Shown in pieces: positions 58,689-64,000 of a DNA stretch of 64,000 nucleotides. Below the pieces are notes generated by a model. It made no database searches. It was not told the origin of the DNA and was given only the letters and a program-made list of their open reading frames with translations. Numbering within the stretch: position 1 is the stretch's first letter; every line of letters begins with the position of its first letter. This DNA comes from Candidatus Poriferisodalis sp. GTDB taxonomy: Bacteria; Actinomycetota; Acidimicrobiia; Acidimicrobiales; Poriferisodalaceae. A program made the position numbers and the translations under genes. Where the stretch lies: NCBI GenBank assembly GCA_965221195.1, contig OZ244864.1:2006219-2070218 (forward strand). The letters are read 5' to 3'.

Positions 58689-58916
58689 TCAGGCGAGCAG
58701 AAGGCCCAGTATCAGCGTGGTGAAGCCGAACGAAACGGCCACTACCACGGTGATACGGCTCAGGTTCTTCTCTGCCACTGTTGATCCCGCGGCAGTGGAA
58801 CCCACTGTGCCGCCGAACATGTCGGATACCCCGCCGCCGCGGCCGCTGTGCAGCAGCACCAAACCGATCAAGCCAAAGGCTGACAGCAGGTGTACTGCGC
58901 CGATGATCCATACCAT
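58689..58916 (-). CDS. secG: preprotein translocase subunit SecG
   Basis: ATG at 58916, 75 aa. MVWIIGAVHLLSAFGLIGLVLLHSGRGGGVSDMFGG... is a classic SecG. The 353-aa track ORF is an upstream run-on. Confidence 0.85.
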   Translation of the reverse strand: MVWIIGAVHLLSAFGLIGLVLLHSGRGGGVSDMFGGTVGSTAAGSTVAEKNLSRITVVVAVSFGFTTLILGLLLA

Positions 58917-58961
58917 CACGGTCGCTGAGGATACTGGCGCCTTGTGCAGGACCCAAGCAAT

Positions 58962-59056
58962 CCAAGCCATACAGCGCACGCCAAGCCATACAGCGCACGC
59001 CAAGCCATACAGCGCACGCCAAGCCATACAGCGCACGCCAAGCCATACAATGCACG
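58962..59056. repeat. 19-nt tandem repeat x5 in the divergent secG / MMPL intergenic region
   Basis: ccaagccatacagcgcacg occurs at 58962, 58981, 59000 and 59019, and the fifth copy (59038) has 2 changes. The period is not a multiple of 3. Confidence 0.95.
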
Positions 59057-59193
59057 CTCTGTGCGCGCTTGTGTGCGCGCGTCCGTCGGATAGCCGTGCC
59101 AGTAGCTGCCAGCACCTAAAGTAAGCAACATGAGCGACAACCTTGGCAGCCACACAAGCTGCGTAACCCAAACCAGAGCCTGACAGGAAAGCT

Positions 59194-61644
59194 ATGGAAC
59201 GCGCACTGATGCGACTTAGCGAATCGGTCATCTCTCGGCCCAAGACGGTTATCGCCGTCATTATCGCTATTACGTTGATGTTGGGTAGCGGTGCTGCGCT
59301 CCGGGCCCCCATAGACGAGACAGACGGCTTCCTGCCTCCTGGCAGCCCTATTGTTGAGACGCTGGACCAGATTGACACGCTCTTCAGTGAGGCAGGCGCT
59401 GTCACCGTTGTCACTGTGCTGTTTCGCGGTGATGTGCTGACACCACAAGGGTTGGTGCAGATGCACAGCTTTGTCGGTGATGTAGTGGCCGCGCCCGGCA
59501 TCAGCAACATGCTGAGTGGTGTCCAACCGGTGGTGTCGCCGGCTGGGATCATCGCGGCCGTTCTTGAAGTGAACAATTTAGATTTGATCACGCAAGCAGA
59601 AATAGATGCCGTTGCTGCAGCCCCGGGTGTCGGCGATGCACTTGAAGCTCTCACAGGAATTGACGCTGATGGTACACCGGTCGCTATTGCCACTTTCTTA
59701 CTGAGCGAAACAGACGAAGACCGGCTACGTGACACCGAGCGACTCATCAACGAGATGGCCTATGAAGACGACGGTGTGTTGTCGGTCAGTAGTGTATCGC
59801 CCACCATCATTGAGGATGAGTACCAGGAGGCATCTCGCACGGGCATGCTGCCGTACTACGTGGCGACACTGCTGCTGATTGCCGCATTGATCTTTCTTTT
59901 CCTGCGCAGCAGGTCGGATCTGCTGCTCACACTCGGTGGACTGTTTGTATCGATTATCTGGGTGGTAGGCGCTGAGGGCTGGCTTGGGCCTAACGGACTC
60001 GGATTACTAGGGCGGCCGAGCGGTATCTCAGTCATGATCCCTATCATCATCATCAGTTTGACCGTCGACTATGCGATCCAGATCATCTCGCATTACCGCG
60101 AAGAACAGCTTGAAGATCGGTCGGCCTCAGAGGCCTTACGAACTGGAATGGCGCGTGTGATCGTGCCTCTAGCTCTGGCGGCAGTCACGACCATCGCGAG
60201 TCTTCTCGTGGGACTTTTCTCCCCCATACCTGCCATCGGCGACTTTGGCGTTGTGGCCGGTTTAGGTGTCGGCATGAGTTTGATAGTCATGCTGACGCTG
60301 ATACCTGCTGGACGCATTATTCTTGACCGACGTCGTGAGCGGCGCGGTGTGTACTCTCAGGCTCCGCCAGTTGCTCAAGCACTACCGGGAGTCGAACGTC
60401 TCGCGAAAGCACTCGGCAAGTCGTTGACACGCAACCCGGTGCCGTATGTGGCGGTGTTGGTGGTCGTAACTGTAGGACTAGGTTTCGCCGCAACGGGACT
60501 TGAATCGCGCTTCAGCATACGAGATGTACTGCCTCGGGGAGGGAACGTCCTCGCCGATCTGGATTCCCTCAATACCGCCATCGGTGGCTCTACAGAAATG
60601 GCCAGCGTACTCGCATTGACTGAGGCCACGGACGCTCGTACGTTGCTCAACTTGCAAGCGCTCAGTGACACTTTGGACGACCAACAAAGGCGCCCACCCT
60701 CAATCGCAGCACCCTTGGAACCGTCATATCTTTCGCTAGTGCAAGATTGGATTGATGACAGCGGCCAACCGGGCGACAAATACGATCCAGAATTGGCTTC
60801 GCTCTTTGAAGAGGCATCGCAAGGTGTGGGGTTGGATGCTGCGCTCATGCAAGAATTCCTTGACCTCTTGGAAACCAGAGACCCTGCTTTCGGACGCCTC
60901 GTAGTCAACAGACCCGACGGCATTGACTCTATCTTGGTCCAGTTTCCTGTATATACCGATGACCCTAGTGCGTTGAGTGAGCTCCAAGGCGACCTTGAAG
61001 CAATTTGGCCCACGAATGCTCGTGAGCTGACTGCTACTTCAGGAGGTATTATCTCCGTCAACGTCACGGAGGAAATAACTGAAAGGCAGTCAGAATCAAT
61101 CTTTACAACCATCGCGGTAGCATTGGCCGTTCTGGGACTATTCTACTGGGCCACTCTGCGACAGCCTGCACTTTGTCTTATCGCCATAGGACCGATAGCG
61201 ATAGCACTTGTCTGGGTGCTAGGAACGATGGCATTACTCAATATACCGTACACACTGATCACTTCTATCATCACGGCACTATCCATCGGTATTGGTGTGG
61301 ATTACTCCATCCATGTGATCCATCGCTATCGAATAGAATTTTATTCCGAACGAGAACCCGAGGCCGCCGCTGTGCTCACTCTCGGTACCGTCGGGTCGGC
61401 ATTGATGGGTTCCGCACTTACTACCGCGCTAGGACTCGGAGTGTTGATCTTCTCGCCGGTATTGGCGCTGCAACAATTCGGCATCACAGTAGCTATTACG
61501 ATTGCATATGCACTGATTGCCTCAACATTGCTCGTTCCACTGCTGATGACCTTGTGGGGTGCGTATCGGAATATGCGGTTGCGCTCTTTGGGCCAACGCA
61601 TGGCAGAGGAACTTGATGCAAGGATTGATCACATGCAGTCGTAA
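59194..61644 (+). CDS. MMPL/RND-family membrane transporter
   Basis: 816 aa with two 6-TM bundles (for example LLLIAALIFLFLRS..., TIAVALAVLGLFYWATL...) separated by large soluble loops. Confidence 0.9.
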   Translation: MERALMRLSESVISRPKTVIAVIIAITLMLGSGAALRAPIDETDGFLPPGSPIVETLDQIDTLFSEAGAVTVVTVLFRGDVLTPQGLVQMHSFVGDVVAAPGISNMLSGVQPVVSPAGIIAAVLEVNNLDLITQAEIDAVAAAPGVGDALEALTGIDADGTPVAIATFLLSETDEDRLRDTERLINEMAYEDDGVLSVSSVSPTIIEDEYQEASRTGMLPYYVATLLLIAALIFLFLRSRSDLLLTLGGLFVSIIWVVGAEGWLGPNGLGLLGRPSGISVMIPIIIISLTVDYAIQIISHYREEQLEDRSASEALRTGMARVIVPLALAAVTTIASLLVGLFSPIPAIGDFGVVAGLGVGMSLIVMLTLIPAGRIILDRRRERRGVYSQAPPVAQALPGVERLAKALGKSLTRNPVPYVAVLVVVTVGLGFAATGLESRFSIRDVLPRGGNVLADLDSLNTAIGGSTEMASVLALTEATDARTLLNLQALSDTLDDQQRRPPSIAAPLEPSYLSLVQDWIDDSGQPGDKYDPELASLFEEASQGVGLDAALMQEFLDLLETRDPAFGRLVVNRPDGIDSILVQFPVYTDDPSALSELQGDLEAIWPTNARELTATSGGIISVNVTEEITERQSESIFTTIAVALAVLGLFYWATLRQPALCLIAIGPIAIALVWVLGTMALLNIPYTLITSIITALSIGIGVDYSIHVIHRYRIEFYSEREPEAAAVLTLGTVGSALMGSALTTALGLGVLIFSPVLALQQFGITVAITIAYALIASTLLVPLLMTLWGAYRNMRLRSLGQRMAEELDARIDHMQS

Positions 61645-61743
61645 CAATAGCGACTGTTTACTGTCAAAAGTATTCAACCAACAGCGAACGCAGTTCCCGA
61701 AAGCAGCCCAGTTACAGGGCAGCTCAGTTATAGGGCAGCCCAG

Positions 61744-62511
61744 TTACAGGGCAGCTTGGACGATACGGGCGAATTGCACTGCCTCAAGTGAAGCGCCGCC
61801 AACGAGGGCGCCGTCGATGTCGGGCTGCACGAGAAGCGCAGGCGCGCTGGCCGGTTTGACGGAACCGCCGTACTGGACGCGGACATGCTGGCCGGCTCCC
61901 CGGCGCATGTCTTCAACAACGCCACGGATGGCTGCACACATTTTCTGCGCATCTTGGGGTGTTGCGTTGCGGCCGGTGCCTATGGCCCACACGGGTTCAT
62001 ACGCCAGCACCAAATTTTCGAAATGAGCTTTGGTGAGCTTGGCGAGACTGCCTCGCACTTGCGTATGTACCGCCTGTAGGGCCTGCCCAGATTCGCGTTC
62101 TTCAAGCGTCTCACCGACACAGACGATCGGTGTCATGCCGGCTTTGGAAACGGCAGCGGCCTTGGCAGCGACGAACGCGTCGGTCTCGCCGAAGAGGACT
62201 CGCCGTTCGCTGTGCCCGAGGATGACATAGCTCACATTGAGCTTGGCCAGCATGGAAGGTGAAATCTCGCCAGTGAAGGCACCTCGGCTTTGATCGTGGC
62301 AGTTCTGCGCGCCTAGCTTGAACTCAAGACGGTCGGCGTCAATGACGGTTTGGCAGCTGCGCAGGTCCACAAACGGTGGGTGCAGACTTACCTCAACTTG
62401 GTCGTAGCGGTGATGAGCCAGCTCATAGCTCAGCTTCTGACAGAGCTGGATTGCCTCCAGATGATTGAGGTGCATCTTCCAGTTGGCTGATATCAGTGGC
62501 GTTCGGCTCAA
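61744..62511 (-). CDS. tpiA: triosephosphate isomerase
   Basis: PLISANWKMH, ILGHSERR and AYEPVWAIGTG. The likely start is the TTG at 62511, 13 nt after the pgk stop with AAGGGG upstream. The ATG at 62553 would overlap pgk by 29 nt. Confidence 0.9.
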   Translation of the reverse strand: MSRTPLISANWKMHLNHLEAIQLCQKLSYELAHHRYDQVEVSLHPPFVDLRSCQTVIDADRLEFKLGAQNCHDQSRGAFTGEISPSMLAKLNVSYVILGHSERRVLFGETDAFVAAKAAAVSKAGMTPIVCVGETLEERESGQALQAVHTQVRGSLAKLTKAHFENLVLAYEPVWAIGTGRNATPQDAQKMCAAIRGVVEDMRRGAGQHVRVQYGGSVKPASAPALLVQPDIDGALVGGASLEAVQFARIVQAAL

Positions 62512-62524
62512 CTTTTTCCCCTTG

Positions 62525-63715
62525 CTAACGACGTGAGTCTCGCAGGGCGGCAAGACCTAGCAGATCCCCATGCTCAATGAGTTCAAGACCCGCCCCTCCC
62601 CCGGTTGAGAGGTGGTCCACGTAGGGCGCCAGACCGAACTGGGCAATAGCCGCTGCGCTGTCGCCGCCACCGACCACAGTGAACGCCCGCGAGTCGGCCA
62701 CCGATTGAGCAACGGCTGAGGTTCCCGCCGCAAACCGTTCGTCTTCGAACATGCCCATGGGGCCGTTCCAGAACACGGTCCGAGCTGACGCAATCACATC
62801 ATCAAACTCAGCCGCAGAGCCCGGGCCGATATCAAGACCACGGTAGCCATCGGCCAGGTTTCGACCCATCTGGCGTACCGTGCCAGCGGCGTCGAGAACC
62901 GTAAAATCGGTAGGCAGCACAATTTTGGCCCTGTCTTGGCTGGTCCTGTCTTGCAATAGGCGTTTGCAGGTCTCAATGAGGTCAGGTTCGCAAAGCGAAT
63001 CGCCAATGGGGTGCCCCAGCGCAGCCAAGAAGGTGAAGCACATGCCGCCGCCGATCACCAGCGTGTCAACCACAGATGCGAGTGCTTCAACTACACCGAG
63101 CTTGTCGCTGACTTTGGCACCTCCGACCAGCGCCACGAAGGGTCGCTGGACGTCAGCGCGGAGACTGCCCAGAACTTCAACCTCACTTGCTAAGAGCCGC
63201 CCAGCAGCGCTGGGCAGGTGACAGGGAGGGCCGACGATCGACGCATGGGCACGGTGGCTAGCACCAAAGGCGTCATTTACGTAGCCGTCGAAAGACCCAG
63301 CGCTCACACCGTTGCTGAAACGGACCATCAGTTCTCCGCCGACGAGAGCGTCGACGAACGCTGGGTCGTTCGACGTCTCTCCTTCCCAAAAACGGAGATT
63401 CTCCATAAGCGATACCTCGGGCGCGTACGCCGCGAGTCGCTCAGCAACTGGAGCGAGCGAGAAGCGCTCGTCGGGGACCCCCGCAGGTCGGCCAAGGTGA
63501 GAACAGATTGTGACAGCAGCGCCCCGGGTGGTCAGCCATGACAGCGTGGGCAAAGCGGCGCGTATACGCAAGTCGTCGCTGATCTCGCGTCGGCCGTTAG
63601 GGGTGTCGTGCAGCGGGACATTGAAGTCGCAGCGCACGAGAATGCGCCGACCACCAAGACCCCCGAGCCGCTGTCCGAGGTCGTCAAGCGTCGGCAGGAT
63701 GCCGTCGTCGATCAT
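62525..63715 (-). CDS. pgk: phosphoglycerate kinase
   Basis: [15 protein letters not shown] and STGGGA motifs. The ATG at 63715 overlaps the gap stop (ATGA). Confidence 0.95.
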   Translation of the reverse strand: MIDDGILPTLDDLGQRLGGLGGRRILVRCDFNVPLHDTPNGRREISDDLRIRAALPTLSWLTTRGAAVTICSHLGRPAGVPDERFSLAPVAERLAAYAPEVSLMENLRFWEGETSNDPAFVDALVGGELMVRFSNGVSAGSFDGYVNDAFGASHRAHASIVGPPCHLPSAAGRLLASEVEVLGSLRADVQRPFVALVGGAKVSDKLGVVEALASVVDTLVIGGGMCFTFLAALGHPIGDSLCEPDLIETCKRLLQDRTSQDRAKIVLPTDFTVLDAAGTVRQMGRNLADGYRGLDIGPGSAAEFDDVIASARTVFWNGPMGMFEDERFAAGTSAVAQSVADSRAFTVVGGGDSAAAIAQFGLAPYVDHLSTGGGAGLELIEHGDLLGLAALRDSRR

Positions 63716-64000
63716 CTGTGGCAAGTAATGCCTACTAGGTCAACGAGGCGGTTGGAGTATCCCCACTCGTTGTCGTACCAGCCGAGAACCTTGACCATGG
63801 AACCCATTGCCATCGTCAACCCGGCGTCGAATACGCAGCTTGCTGGGTTGCCGACGATGTCAGAGCTGACCAGCGGATCGGTGGAATAGTCGAGAACGCC
63901 TGCCAGCGGACCGTCCGCAGCGGCTCTCGCGAAAGCAGCGTTCACTTCTTCAACGCTGGGACTTGCGTTCAGCACCGCAGTGAAGTCGGTGATGGATCCG
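63712..64000 (-). CDS. gap: glyceraldehyde-3-phosphate dehydrogenase, C-terminal part (gene continues beyond the window)
   Basis: ...[19 protein letters not shown] is the canonical GAPDH C-terminus. The frame is open to the window edge. Confidence 0.9.
   Translation of the reverse strand, partial: GSITDFTAVLNASPSVEEVNAAFARAAADGPLAGVLDYSTDPLVSSDIVGNPASCVFDAGLTMAMGSMVKVLGWYDNEWGYSNRLVDLVGITCHR

Noticed and set aside
56283-59056. Tandem repeat arrays as possible CRISPR loci
   Set aside because: Units are contiguous, with no unique spacers, and are 19-21 nt long. No cas genes are in the window.
58689-59750. 353-aa minus-strand ORF
   Set aside because: Only the last 75 codons are SecG. The rest runs through the non-coding 19-nt repeat array and antisense to the MMPL gene.

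Overview
High-GC chromosomal segment that looks actinobacterial. Markers are F420/LLM and DDN-type oxidoreductases, an MMPL transporter, KatG, Fur, a form I CO-dehydrogenase cluster (coxMSL-xdhC-coxG, with moxR/vWA nearby) and a gap-pgk-tpiA ... secG-tRNA-Leu block at the right end. Two accessory stretches interrupt the housekeeping genes. (i) About 4.7-20.1 kb is a defence island. It holds decayed and intact toxin-antitoxin pairs, a PD-(D/E)xK protein, a proteasome-beta/HslV-like Ntn-hydrolase gene with a coupled 59-codon ORF, a four-gene type I R-M operon (hsdM-X-hsdS-hsdR) and a DUF5131/TcmP-like pair. (ii) About 25.2-34.9 kb holds a giant Mrr-helicase-methylase (type ISP-like) gene, a probable selenoprotein and a type II R-M pair. 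A third small decayed patch sits beside tRNA-Leu (56-58.4 kb). The signals I rate highest are: the proteasome-like operon; the low-GC orphan gene fused by overlapping stop/start codons between hsdM and hsdS; long homopolymer tracts (G17, C16) exactly where hsdM and the type ISP-like gene lose their reading frame, which suggests phase variation or homopolymer miscalls; an in-frame TGA at the redox-motif position of a thioredoxin-fold gene followed by a SECIS-like hairpin; a tRNA-Leu with anticodon AAG; five tandem paralogous single-TM mini-proteins after the cox cluster; and a strong habit of 13-21 nt tandem repeats in intergenic spacers and inside genes. No integrase, transposase, rRNA or CRISPR array was seen. 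Many long ORFs in the track are antisense shadows typical of GC-rich DNA and were not called. All family assignments come from motif recognition by eye, with no database search.
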